Counted from the first letter of the stretch, positions 29,597 through 39,454 are shown. The stretch: DNA of 64,000 nucleotides from an uncultured actinomycete (GCA_942491345.1 CALOAN010000042.1:54587-118586); one strand, 5' to 3'. Numbers and translations: made by a program. Notes: generated from the sequence alone by a model not told the origin.

Positions 29597-32104
29597 GTGT
29601 CCGCTACCATACGGAGCGTGGCGACACGCCGATCCGCCCTCACCGTTCTCTTCGTGCTGCTGACGTTCTTCGTCGGCGTCGTCCCCGCAGGCGCGGCGCC
29701 GCAGAACTCGGTGACCGCAGGAGCCGTCCGCGTCGATGCCACGTTCCATCACATCGGTGTCTATTGGGAGATCGCCGGCGACGACGATCTCGATTCGACC
29801 ATGACGCTCGAATTCCGACCGGCCGGAACGCCCGACTGGAAGATGGCGGCGCCGGCGATGCGTGCCTATCCGTCCGTCATCGTCAACGGGAATCCGCTCG
29901 GACTCAACTCGTGGGCGGCAAGCGCCATGTTCGTGGATCCCGGCGTCACGTACGAGCTTCGCCTGTCGCTCACCGATCCTGACGGCGGCGGAGCGATACG
30001 CACCGTCACCGGCGCCACCCGCACAAAACCCGCGGTCGACCCGGGAGGCAGGCAGCTCGACGTGGTACCCGGCGCCGGCGGGGGCGACGGCTCCGCAGCG
30101 AGTCCGTTCCGAGGCCTTCAGGCGGCAGCCGATGCCGCCGTGCCCGGCGACGTGTTCCACGTTGCAGCGGGAATGTATGACGGTTTCACGATCACAACGA
30201 GCGGAACGGCCGCCCGTCCGATCAGCTTTGTCGGGCCCTCCTCCGGCCAGGCGATCGTCGACGGTGGCGGAACCGACCGCGAAGTGATTGCCATTGGCGC
30301 CTTCGACACGCCGACCGGATACGTGATCGTGCGCAACCTCGTCGTTCAGAACGGTCGGTGGGGCATCGATGCGCAACGCACTCACAACATCGTCATCGAG
30401 GACAACACCATCCGCGACGTCGACTTCGGCGTCTACAACCGCCGGGGATACGGCGATGAGTTGAACCAGACGGTCTGCAACAACACCATCACCGGCCGCA
30501 CCGCGTGGCCGCAGTCCGGCATTCCGAGCGAACGGGGCATCGATCTGCGCGGCACCGGAAACGTGGCCTGCTACAACCGCGTGACGTACTTCGGTGACTG
30601 CATCTCGGTCCAGCCGTCAACCGGGCCTTCCTACGGCAACGACGTGTACGGAAACGACGCCGCCTACTGCGTCGATGACGGCATCGAGATCGACTACAAC
30701 CGCGCCAACGTACGCGTGTGGCGCAACCGTGTCACAAACGCCCGCATGGGTATCAGCGTCCAGCCGATCTACGGCGGTCCCGCCTACCTGTTCCGCAACG
30801 AACTGTTCAACCTCGAATCCAACCCGATCAAGCTCAACAACAGTCCAAGCGGCCTTGTCGTTGCCCACAACACCGCGGTGAAGCACAACAACGGTCTGGG
30901 TGATCCCGGCGTGCCCTGGACGAGCGCGATCTTCCGGAACAACCTCTTCCTCGGTACCGCGTACGCTTTCGAGTTCACGACCGTCGCACCGAGCGGATTT
31001 CGCGACTTCGACTACGACGGGTGGGGCACGACGAGAGCCGTCGGAGGGGCCTCCGCTCCCTACTTCAAGTGGGACAACGTGCGGTACGACCGGATCACCG
31101 ACTTGCCTTCGGGCGTCGAGGACCACGGCACCGACGTCAGCTTTCCCGATCTGGTCGATGCAAGCCTCACCGCGAGTTGGGACGTCCCGATCACGCCCGG
31201 CAGCCGCGACCTGCGCCTCTCCTCGTCGTCCGCCGGCATCAACCGCGGCACGACGCTTGCGAACCTGAACGACGGATTCACGCTCAGCGGCCTTCCCGAT
31301 CTCGGAGCGTTCGAAAAGGGCCAGCCGCCTCCCCAATACGGACCGGGCGGCCATGCGGAACCAGGACCGGGTCCCGAGCCCGAGCCGGTGATCTACGATT
31401 CGGTCGGCCTTGTGGATCCGGCAACCGGCGTGTGGCGGCTACGAGCGCCGGATACGAGCGTCGACGTCTTCTACTACGGCAACCCGGCAGACGTGCCGTT
31501 CGTCGGAGACTGGGACTGCAACGGTTCTGAGACTCCGGGCCTCTACCGCCAGAGTGACGGGTTTGTGTACCTGCGCAACTCGAACACTCAGGGAAACGCA
31601 GACATCGAGTTCTACTTCGGAAACCCGGGCGATGTGCCACTGGCCGGAGACTTCAACGGCGACGGATGCGACACGGTGTCGATCTACAGGCAGACCGAAG
31701 GCCGTGTCTACGTGATCAACCGCCTCGGCGACGGCAGCGGCGGGCTCGGCGCCGCCGACTACGCCTACTACTTCGGGAACCCGGGGGACAAGGCATTCGT
31801 CGGCGACTTCACCGGCGACGGGGTGGACACCGTCGGGCTCCATCGCGAATCAACCGGCCTGGTCTACTTCCGCAACACCAACACGCAGGGTATCGCCGAC
31901 GTGTCGTTCATCTACGGCAACCCCGGCGATCGTATGGTCGCAGCGGATTGGACCGGCAACGGTATCGACACGGTTGGGATCTACCGACCTGCGAAGTCGC
32001 GGTTCTACTTCCGGTTCACCAACACGCAGGGAAACGCAGACGCGGAACTCGGATGGGGTGAGCCCACGTGGCTCCCGGTCGCCGGTCGGTTGTATCCCAA
32101 CTGA
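29597..32104 (+). CDS. secreted right-handed parallel beta-helix (pectate-lyase-fold) protein with an N-terminal Ig/FN3-like region and a C-terminal FG-GAP-like repeat domain
   Basis: Repetitive beta-helix rungs (NIVIEDNTIRDVDFGV; NNTITGRTAW; NRVTYFGDCISV; WRNRVTNARMGISV); GTG start after the repeat array; C-terminal repeats. Confidence 0.55.
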   Translation: MSATIRSVATRRSALTVLFVLLTFFVGVVPAGAAPQNSVTAGAVRVDATFHHIGVYWEIAGDDDLDSTMTLEFRPAGTPDWKMAAPAMRAYPSVIVNGNPLGLNSWAASAMFVDPGVTYELRLSLTDPDGGGAIRTVTGATRTKPAVDPGGRQLDVVPGAGGGDGSAASPFRGLQAAADAAVPGDVFHVAAGMYDGFTITTSGTAARPISFVGPSSGQAIVDGGGTDREVIAIGAFDTPTGYVIVRNLVVQNGRWGIDAQRTHNIVIEDNTIRDVDFGVYNRRGYGDELNQTVCNNTITGRTAWPQSGIPSERGIDLRGTGNVACYNRVTYFGDCISVQPSTGPSYGNDVYGNDAAYCVDDGIEIDYNRANVRVWRNRVTNARMGISVQPIYGGPAYLFRNELFNLESNPIKLNNSPSGLVVAHNTAVKHNNGLGDPGVPWTSAIFRNNLFLGTAYAFEFTTVAPSGFRDFDYDGWGTTRAVGGASAPYFKWDNVRYDRITDLPSGVEDHGTDVSFPDLVDASLTASWDVPITPGSRDLRLSSSSAGINRGTTLANLNDGFTLSGLPDLGAFEKGQPPPQYGPGGHAEPGPGPEPEPVIYDSVGLVDPATGVWRLRAPDTSVDVFYYGNPADVPFVGDWDCNGSETPGLYRQSDGFVYLRNSNTQGNADIEFYFGNPGDVPLAGDFNGDGCDTVSIYRQTEGRVYVINRLGDGSGGLGAADYAYYFGNPGDKAFVGDFTGDGVDTVGLHRESTGLVYFRNTNTQGIADVSFIYGNPGDRMVAADWTGNGIDTVGIYRPAKSRFYFRFTNTQGNADAELGWGEPTWLPVAGRLYPN

Positions 32105-32130
32105 TCGACGGACGTGTGGCCAAGGCCGGC

Positions 32131-33165
32131 CTATTGAACCGGCATCTCCCTGCCGCCACGGCGGCCGCGCGACGAGCGGCGGCGTCCGAGAAACGCCAGC
32201 TGGTCCCAGGTGTAGTTCCAATGGAGCGCACGGAGGACGTGACGGTCGGGGACGCGGCGAAGACGAGCGATCACGGCGCGCCGTTTTGCGATGACGCCGC
32301 GGCGCCTGCCGATCGATCGGTAGCTCCGCCTCTTGGCTGCCAGCATCGAGAACCCTCGTGACGCGCAGTACGTCCACATCATCAGCTCAGTCCACAACAA
32401 CAACGGAGAGATGAGCAGCCGGGTTGCCCATCTCGTGTTCGCCAGCAGCATCTCCCATCGATTGCGCTCGAGCAGATACAGCTTCTCCGGAGACATCGTC
32501 AGCGAGTAGTGATGCTCGACGGGGGGCGTCGGGACGTACGCGATTCGGTATCCCATCAGCCGCAGCGTCCACGAGAGCTCAACATCTTCGTGGTACAGGA
32601 AACCTCCGGCGTACCAGCCACCCATCGCGGCGAGAACGTCACGTCGGACCACGAAGGCGGTGCCTTGTATGCCGGACACCTCCTGAGGATTCGAGGCGAC
32701 CTCGGTTACACGATGGTGGAGCATCCGGTTGAAGCCGAGTCCCGTGATGTGAATCTCCTGCCCGGCGGCGTTCACCACGTCTGATCCGGCCATCGTCAGA
32801 GTCGGGCAGGTCGCGGCATGGTCAGGGTGAGCGTCGAGGTAGGCGATCTGAGGTGAGAGCCAGCCCGGGGAGGGAACACAGTCGGCGTTCATCACGGCTA
32901 CATACGAGGTCTCGATAGAGCCGAGCACGTCGTCGACGGCGCCGGCGTACCCCAGGTTGCTGGTGTTGTGCGCCGTACCGACGCGCGAATCAGTCGCCTC
33001 GAGATCGCTGAGAATTGATGCTGTGCCGTCGGTCGATGCGTTGTCGACGACGACGATTCGAGTAGCCGCCGGATCCGCAGCGAGGGCCGCAACACAGGTA
33101 GGCAGTGACTCGCGATCGTTGTAGCCCACCACAACCACCGTCACGTCGAGCATGCCGGAGTTCAT
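32131..33165 (-). CDS. GT2 glycosyltransferase
   Basis: VTVVVVGYNDRESLPTCVAAL...VVVDNASTDGT GT2-A motifs. Confidence 0.65.
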   Translation of the reverse strand: MNSGMLDVTVVVVGYNDRESLPTCVAALAADPAATRIVVVDNASTDGTASILSDLEATDSRVGTAHNTSNLGYAGAVDDVLGSIETSYVAVMNADCVPSPGWLSPQIAYLDAHPDHAATCPTLTMAGSDVVNAAGQEIHITGLGFNRMLHHRVTEVASNPQEVSGIQGTAFVVRRDVLAAMGGWYAGGFLYHEDVELSWTLRLMGYRIAYVPTPPVEHHYSLTMSPEKLYLLERNRWEMLLANTRWATRLLISPLLLWTELMMWTYCASRGFSMLAAKRRSYRSIGRRRGVIAKRRAVIARLRRVPDRHVLRALHWNYTWDQLAFLGRRRSSRGRRGGREMPVQ

Positions 33166-34370
33166 GACCTGGGCGAGGGCGGCGCGGGCCGGTCCCTGAA
33201 GAGGGTGAGGAACAGCGACGCTGAGACAAGCTGGAGCCCGAAGACGAAGCCGGTCGACGCGAACACCAGCTGCCGGGTCTCGGTGAACGCCGGTCCTCCC
33301 GCAACGAGCCAGCTGATGATGAGGATGGCAAGGAACACACCGGAGACCACGGCCAGGATGCCGCCGACGACGGCCATCGTGGTGCGCACGCCGGTTGATG
33401 TCGCTCGCTGGAGCCAGATCGTCGGTGTGAAGCCAAGACTCGCTCGATAGAGGGCGGCGGCGAGCCCGAACACAACAAGCTGGAAACCGGCCAGGATTCC
33501 AAGCGCAGCGACGATGAACGTGTGGATGCTCAAGCCGAGGTAGTCCGTGACGATCGGGCCCTGGGACAAGGCGAGTGCGCCGATGATCGAGACGACCAGG
33601 AGGATGAGTCCCGGCACGGCGAAGAAGACGAGCGGCCGGTAGAGCAACACCATGGTCAGGATGCGGCCGAGGATCCCCATCCCATCCGTGATCGGATCGA
33701 GCTTCTTCTCGCCAACCCGAGGGTGGTAGTCAGTCGGCAGCGTTGCCACCCTCAATTCGTTGGCTTGCGATTTGATGCCGATCTCGACCTCGATGTCGAA
33801 CCCGTCGGCTTCGGTGCCGAGGCTCTCGAACACCTCGCGTCTCGCTCCGTAGAGTCCGGACAGGTAGTCGCCGGCATCGAGACCGTGCAGCGACGTCATA
33901 GCCTTGCCGAGCAGGACATTGCCGAGCCGGTTGATCGCTGGTGTGTTCGACGAATCGATGTTGCGCTCGGCTCGCACGAAGTCGTTGTCTCCGAGGAGGT
34001 CGACCATGGCCGGGATCGTCGCCGCGGGGTAGGTAGCGTCGGCATCCATGACGATCACGATCTCGCCTGATGCGGCCGCAACCCCGGTCCGGATTGCAGC
34101 ACCTTTGCCGCGGTTGACGCTGTGGACCTCAACCGCACAGCCAAGTTGGCGTGCAGCATCGGCGGTGCCGTCGGTGCTGCCGTCATCGACCACGAGGATG
34201 TCGGCATCTGGGCCGAGGACCGATCGGATGTCGTCGACGACCACGGGGAGCGCCTCCTCCTCGTTGAAGGCAGGCAACACGATCGTGGTATGAGGTGGCA
34301 AAGGTTCTGCTCCGACCCGGTGGTCGATGTTGTCGGTCGTCGCGACAATACCCGTCGTTGGCCCGATTAC
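33162..34370 (-). CDS. GT2 polyprenyl-phosphate glycosyltransferase with a C-terminal 4-TM domain; start uncertain (overlaps downstream gene in ORF track)
   Basis: TTIVLPAFNEEEALPVVVDDIRSV...VVDDGSTDGT; hydrophobic C-terminus; the SpoIID gene stop at 34367 constrains the true start. Confidence 0.5.
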   Translation of the reverse strand, partial: VIGPTTGIVATTDNIDHRVGAEPLPPHTTIVLPAFNEEEALPVVVDDIRSVLGPDADILVVDDGSTDGTADAARQLGCAVEVHSVNRGKGAAIRTGVAAASGEIVIVMDADATYPAATIPAMVDLLGDNDFVRAERNIDSSNTPAINRLGNVLLGKAMTSLHGLDAGDYLSGLYGARREVFESLGTEADGFDIEVEIGIKSQANELRVATLPTDYHPRVGEKKLDPITDGMGILGRILTMVLLYRPLVFFAVPGLILLVVSIIGALALSQGPIVTDYLGLSIHTFIVAALGILAGFQLVVFGLAAALYRASLGFTPTIWLQRATSTGVRTTMAVVGGILAVVSGVFLAILIISWLVAGGPAFTETRQLVFASTGFVFGLQLVSASLFLTLFRDRPAPPSPRS

Positions 34371-36427
34371 TCGCCCCAGAAGCCGGTCGTCGGATTCATG
34401 AAGCCCTCGCCGAACTCGAAGACGATGTTTGCGGATGTCTGGGTGAAGGTGTCTCGGAGGTACCACGTGCCGGTTGACGGCCTGAAGAGGCCGATCGTGT
34501 CGGTGCCGTCGCCGTCCCAATCGCCGGCGATGATTCGGTCACCGGATGCAGCACCCGAGTAGAAGAACGATATGTCGGCAATCGGACGGTTGAGGTCGTT
34601 CATCAGGTAGACCATCCGGGTGGACGGCCGGTAGACCCCGACCGTGTCGGTGCCGTCGCCGTCCCAATCGCCGGCGATCGGCACGTCGCCCGGGTTGCCG
34701 AACGGGAAGTCGATGTCGGCAATTCCCTGAGTGTTGGTGTTGCGCAGGTAGAACCGGCCCTCGGATGACCGGTAGATGCCGACGGTGTCGACGCCGTTGC
34801 CGTTCCAGTCACCCGACACTGGAAGGTCGCGCGGGATGCCGTAGTAGATCTCGATGTCGGCGATGCCCTGGTTGTTGGTGTTTCGCAGGAAGAGATATCC
34901 ATTGCTCTCGCGATAGAGGCCCATGGTGTCGATGCCGTCGCCGTTCCAGTCACCTGCGTACGGCGTGTCCTTCGGGTTGCCGTAGTAGAAGCTGTCGACC
35001 GTCCCGTTCGAATGCCTGATGTGCCAGATACCGGTTCTTGGATCCTGCATGGCCACCTGATCGGCTTTGGGATTGTTCAGCGGGGGAGGACGGTTGATGG
35101 CAATCGCGAAGTACCACGAGCGGAGTCCGTATCGCGAGGTCACTTCACCGACGCTCTTCTCCACGTTGACGGAGCTGCCGCCGCTGGTGATCCCGCCGAA
35201 GCGGAAGCGGCTCGGGCTGCCTGAATCGTTGGTTGCGATCACGTCGACGGTTTCGACGTCGGCGAGGCCGAGCCACGATGCGAGGCTGGCGCGGGTGATG
35301 GTCTCGTTCCACGAGCGGAACGGATTGATCGATGCGAGCGACCAAGGGTCGGCAACCGAGATGAGATACGGGAATGCTCCGCCCCACTTGTCCTCGGAAG
35401 ACTCGGTAGCGCCGCCCGACGACGAGGAGTAGAACGCTCGGACGATGGTCGAGTCCGGTGCGGCAGGGTGGACGATCACCCGGCCGGTCGTGGAGACGGC
35501 CGCAGCGTCCCATGTCTGCCAAAGCGATCGTGCACCAAGCCATCCCGCAAAGACCTGATCGGCCGAGCTGTTCTTGATGTCGCAGAAGCAGGCGGCAGCA
35601 CGATGGTCCGTTCGAAGGTCGGCGGTGGCGGCGTACGACCGTGCGGCGATGGCCTGAGCCTTGAGCGTCTCGACGTTCCACGAGAACGGCACTTCGGCGA
35701 TACCCCGGGTGTAGGTGTCAAGCGGGAGTTGGACAGCTACGTCGAAGCCCGGCCAGAGTGGACAGGCCCCGGGACACACCGTGTCGGCAACGGTACGCGG
35801 ACCGCCGTTGCCCACCACGCTGCCGTTGTCGACGAAGAGCAGCGCCGTCCCCCACGCGAATGTGCAGTTGGTGGTCCGACATGCGTTGAGGGCGATCACG
35901 TACGGCGGGAGCGCTCCATCGGGAGCGAGTGGGACGGTGATGTCGCATGATCCGGATTCCCAGGCCGTGCCGTCGCTGAACGCCACCGTGCAGCCGCCGT
36001 TGGTCTGCGGGGCCGTATCAACCACGGTGAACGATGCGCCGGCGAAGAGTTCCTTCTGCTGCAACGTGGCGGCGGCGCCTCGTGACACAACGACGCCCGT
36101 GGCGGAGGTGCCCGGTCCGTTGCTGATCGAGACCGTCCGGGTCGTCTGGTCCGAATCGACACCAACGAAGATGTCGCCGTCGGTCGGTACGCCGTTGGTT
36201 CCGATCGTACCGAGCGTTGTGCCCTGGTAGTAGGTGCTCAAGATCTGCTGGTGCGTGGAGCCTTCCGCCGCCATGGCCTCGGCCCCGTATTGGCTCATGC
36301 CAACACCGTGGCCCCATCCGGCGCCGTCAAACGAAACGGTGTCATCTTCGGCCGCATCAGCCGGGACGGCGGTGAACACGACGAGGAACACGACGAACAC
36401 GGCAATGATCCGCCACACGCGAGTCAT
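34367..36427 (-). CDS. secreted SpoIID/LytB-domain protein fused to a C-terminal FG-GAP-like repeat domain
   Basis: Signal peptide MTRVWRIIAVFVVFLVVFTAVPADA; GHGVGMSQYGA, AQAIAARSYA and FYSSSSGGATE SpoIID motifs; C-terminal repeats SFYYGNPKDTPYAGDWNGDGIDTMGLYRESNGYLFLRNTNNQGIAD. Confidence 0.7.
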   Translation of the reverse strand: MTRVWRIIAVFVVFLVVFTAVPADAAEDDTVSFDGAGWGHGVGMSQYGAEAMAAEGSTHQQILSTYYQGTTLGTIGTNGVPTDGDIFVGVDSDQTTRTVSISNGPGTSATGVVVSRGAAATLQQKELFAGASFTVVDTAPQTNGGCTVAFSDGTAWESGSCDITVPLAPDGALPPYVIALNACRTTNCTFAWGTALLFVDNGSVVGNGGPRTVADTVCPGACPLWPGFDVAVQLPLDTYTRGIAEVPFSWNVETLKAQAIAARSYAATADLRTDHRAAACFCDIKNSSADQVFAGWLGARSLWQTWDAAAVSTTGRVIVHPAAPDSTIVRAFYSSSSGGATESSEDKWGGAFPYLISVADPWSLASINPFRSWNETITRASLASWLGLADVETVDVIATNDSGSPSRFRFGGITSGGSSVNVEKSVGEVTSRYGLRSWYFAIAINRPPPLNNPKADQVAMQDPRTGIWHIRHSNGTVDSFYYGNPKDTPYAGDWNGDGIDTMGLYRESNGYLFLRNTNNQGIADIEIYYGIPRDLPVSGDWNGNGVDTVGIYRSSEGRFYLRNTNTQGIADIDFPFGNPGDVPIAGDWDGDGTDTVGVYRPSTRMVYLMNDLNRPIADISFFYSGAASGDRIIAGDWDGDGTDTIGLFRPSTGTWYLRDTFTQTSANIVFEFGEGFMNPTTGFWGE

Positions 36428-36621
36428 CGAAAGGATGCCCATTGGATGTATATCGAACGATGTGGGCGACGCCTTGAGGAATGCCATCACCTTCATTGTG
36501 GTGCCAAAACGGCTGTATTCGACGCGGTGCAGAGATCCGCTCCAGTCACGATCTTCTCGTGCCGATACCGATTCGGGTAGTCTCGCTCGCTCTTGGCCCG
36601 GGGCAGCAGAACGGAGGACAT

Positions 36622-37863
36622 GTGAGTACTGGAACTCGGATCTTTGTGGTCCTCGCTCTCGTTGCCGGTCTGCTCGCCGCGATCGGCGGCACCGCGTCGG
36701 CCGTGTCGAACGACGCCGGCGTCGGACTGGTCGACCCAACAACCGGTGAGTGGTTCCTCCGCGATCCCGGAACCGGTGATACGACGCACTTCTACTTCGG
36801 CAACCCCGGTGACAAGCCGTTCACCGGCGACTGGGACTGCGATTCCGTCGACACTCCTGGTCTCTACCGCAGCTCGGACGGCTACGTCTATCTTCGGAAC
36901 TCGAACACGCAAGGGGTCGCCGATGTGCGCTACTACTTCGGAAACCCGGGCGATATCCCGATTGCCGGCGATTTCAACGGCGATGGCTGCGATACCGTCT
37001 CGATCTACCGGCCCTCGGAGCACCGCTTCTACATCATCAACACCCTCGGTGCCGACGGCGAGGGTCTTGGTGCCGCCGATATCGCATACACGTTCGGTGT
37101 ACCCGGTGACCAACCGATTGCCGGTGATTTCGATGGGAACGGCACGGACACGGTGGGTGTGTACCGCCCCTACACCAGCACTGTGTACCTCCAGAACTCG
37201 CACAAGGGTGGAGACGCCGACGTTTCGTTCACGTTTGGTGAGCGTTCTGACAAGGTGGTCATGGCTGCATGGTCCGGCGGCGTCGACACGGTTGGCGTCT
37301 ATCGGCCGTCAACCGGCACGTTCCACGTGCGCAACAGCAACTCACCCGGTGCGGGTGACGCGTCGTACGACTACGGCTACTCGAAATACGTGCCGATTGC
37401 GGGAACGTTCGGGGCATTGCCGGGAGGTCATGAGGCACCGCCGACGTCTCCGCCGTATCCAAACGTTGGTTCCGGGAAACGGATCATCTACTCGAACTCC
37501 CTGCACCAGGTGTGGCTCATCGACGAGAACGACGAACTCGTCGATACCTATCCGGTAACCGGACGCAAAGGCATCCCGCTTTTCGGGACCTACAAGGTTT
37601 TCTCGAAATCGGTCAACGCCTGGGCTCCGTACGGCGGCATCACGATGAAGCACATGGTGCGGTTCGTCCGGCCCGGGACGTTCGGCAACCAGTGGTCGTA
37701 CGGCTTCCATTCGATCCCGCGGTATTCGAACGGTCGGCCGATGCAGACCGAGGCGCAACTCGGGTCGTTCGGTTCGGGCGGATGCGTCCGGCAAGCCGAT
37801 CACAAGGCGCTCGCGCTCTACAACTGGGCGCCCATCGGCACCACGGTGCACGCAATTCCGTAA
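36622..37863 (+). CDS. secreted protein with an N-terminal FG-GAP-like repeat domain and a C-terminal YkuD-type L,D-transpeptidase domain
   Basis: AGGAGG-type RBS then GTG; signal peptide; 4-5 N-terminal repeats; C-terminal HSIP...GSFGSGGCVR matches the catalytic His...Cys region of L,D-transpeptidases. Confidence 0.7.
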   Translation: MSTGTRIFVVLALVAGLLAAIGGTASAVSNDAGVGLVDPTTGEWFLRDPGTGDTTHFYFGNPGDKPFTGDWDCDSVDTPGLYRSSDGYVYLRNSNTQGVADVRYYFGNPGDIPIAGDFNGDGCDTVSIYRPSEHRFYIINTLGADGEGLGAADIAYTFGVPGDQPIAGDFDGNGTDTVGVYRPYTSTVYLQNSHKGGDADVSFTFGERSDKVVMAAWSGGVDTVGVYRPSTGTFHVRNSNSPGAGDASYDYGYSKYVPIAGTFGALPGGHEAPPTSPPYPNVGSGKRIIYSNSLHQVWLIDENDELVDTYPVTGRKGIPLFGTYKVFSKSVNAWAPYGGITMKHMVRFVRPGTFGNQWSYGFHSIPRYSNGRPMQTEAQLGSFGSGGCVRQADHKALALYNWAPIGTTVHAIP

Positions 37864-37913
37864 CGAACGACGATCCTAGGGACTCAGATGACCAGCCAGT
37901 ATTCTTCGGCGCG

Positions 37914-39428
37914 ATGACGATCTCGACTTCCCCGCGTACCTACGTGCGAGTACTAGTCGGGTTCTTGTCGCTCATGGTCATCGGTGTGGTCTGGGCCGCG
38001 ACTGCTCAGGCCGACGACACCACCACGACTACGACGACGTCGACCACAACCACGACCACCGCGCCCCGTCCGCCCGAGAAGGCCGGTGTCGGCGTCGTCG
38101 ACTCCGAGTCGGGCCAGTGGTGGCTGCGCGACCCGGTCAGCGGCCAGTCAACACGGTTCTACTACGGCAACCCTGGTGATAGCCCGTTCACCGGCGACTG
38201 GAATTGCGACGGCGTCGATACTCCCGGCCTCTATCGCCAGTCAGACGGATACGTCTACCTGAGGAACTCGAACACCCAGGGTGTCGCCGATATCAAGTTC
38301 TTCTTCGGCAACCCGGGTGACATCCCGCTCGCCGGGGACTTCGACGGCGACGGGTGCGATTCCGTATCGGTATATCGCCCTTCGGAGAGCCGCTTCTTCG
38401 TGATGAATCGACTCGGCACCAGTGACGAAGGTCTGGGCGCGGCCGAATACTCGTTCATCTTCGGGGACCCCGGTGACAGGCCCTTCGTCGGCGATTTCGA
38501 CGACGACGGCATTGACACCATTGGCCTCCACCGTGAGAAGACGGGCCTGGTGTACTACCGGAACAGCAACGACCAGGGTCCGGCGGAACACGAGTTCCTC
38601 TTCGGCGACAAGGGCGACCGCATCGTCGCGGGCGATTGGACCGCCGATGGCATTTCCACTCCCGGCATCTATCGCGTAGCACAGGGGAAGTTCTTCCTGC
38701 GATACACCAACACACAGGGCGCCGCCGATCAGGAATTCCTCTACGGCGGATCACTCATGAACCCCGTCGCGGGCGTATTCGGGGATCTGCCAGGCGGCGA
38801 CGCACCTCCGCCCCAGGACAAACTCCTTGTGGCCGAGTTCACGACCTACCACCCGTGCTGCCAGAGCCGCGTGATCAACATCCACCGCATTGCCGATGCC
38901 GTCGACGGGGCCGTTGTGCAGCCGGGGGCGACCTTCTCCATCAACGCTCACGTTGGTCAGCGAACGGAGGCGAAGGGGTACGTTGCCGCAGGGGCGATCG
39001 TTGGTGGCGAGATCGTCTGCTGCGACCACCCGGCGAACATCGGGGGAGGCACGAGCCAGTTCGCCACCACGCTCTACAACGCGGTCTTCTGGGGCGGATA
39101 CGAGGATGTCTACCACAAGCCCCACAGCCTGTACTTCACCCGCTACCCGGTCGGGATCGAGGCGACGCTCGGGTATCCGGGGCCGGATGTCGTCTTCCGA
39201 AACGACACCCTGGCACCCGTGTACATCGACACGTCGCACACGTCCCGCAGCGTCACCGTGCGTCTCTACGGCACCAACGAGGGACGAGTGGTCACGGCGT
39301 ACACAACGGGGTCGGTCACGTCAAGAGACGGAGGGACCGTGAGAGTCACGCGTACGATCACTCACCCCAACGGAGCGGTCGAGACTCAGCGATGGGCGCA
39401 TCGCTACAACCCGATGCCGGAAGACTGA
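37914..39428 (+). CDS. secreted protein with a poly-Thr linker, an N-terminal FG-GAP-like repeat domain and a C-terminal VanW-like domain
   Basis: Signal peptide, DDTTTTTTTSTTTTTTAPRPP linker, 5 repeats; C-terminal GYVAAGAIVGGEIVCCDHPANIGGGTSQFATTLYNAVFWGGYEDV resembles VanW family. Confidence 0.65.
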   Translation: MTISTSPRTYVRVLVGFLSLMVIGVVWAATAQADDTTTTTTTSTTTTTTAPRPPEKAGVGVVDSESGQWWLRDPVSGQSTRFYYGNPGDSPFTGDWNCDGVDTPGLYRQSDGYVYLRNSNTQGVADIKFFFGNPGDIPLAGDFDGDGCDSVSVYRPSESRFFVMNRLGTSDEGLGAAEYSFIFGDPGDRPFVGDFDDDGIDTIGLHREKTGLVYYRNSNDQGPAEHEFLFGDKGDRIVAGDWTADGISTPGIYRVAQGKFFLRYTNTQGAADQEFLYGGSLMNPVAGVFGDLPGGDAPPPQDKLLVAEFTTYHPCCQSRVINIHRIADAVDGAVVQPGATFSINAHVGQRTEAKGYVAAGAIVGGEIVCCDHPANIGGGTSQFATTLYNAVFWGGYEDVYHKPHSLYFTRYPVGIEATLGYPGPDVVFRNDTLAPVYIDTSHTSRSVTVRLYGTNEGRVVTAYTTGSVTSRDGGTVRVTRTITHPNGAVETQRWAHRYNPMPED

Positions 39429-39454
39429 TCCATTCTTCAGCCCGAACCTACTGC

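Noticed and set aside
36622-39428. vanHAX-type glycopeptide resistance operon
   Set aside because: Only a VanW-like domain is present; no D-Ala-D-Lac ligase, dehydrogenase, dipeptidase or VanRS genes are in the window.
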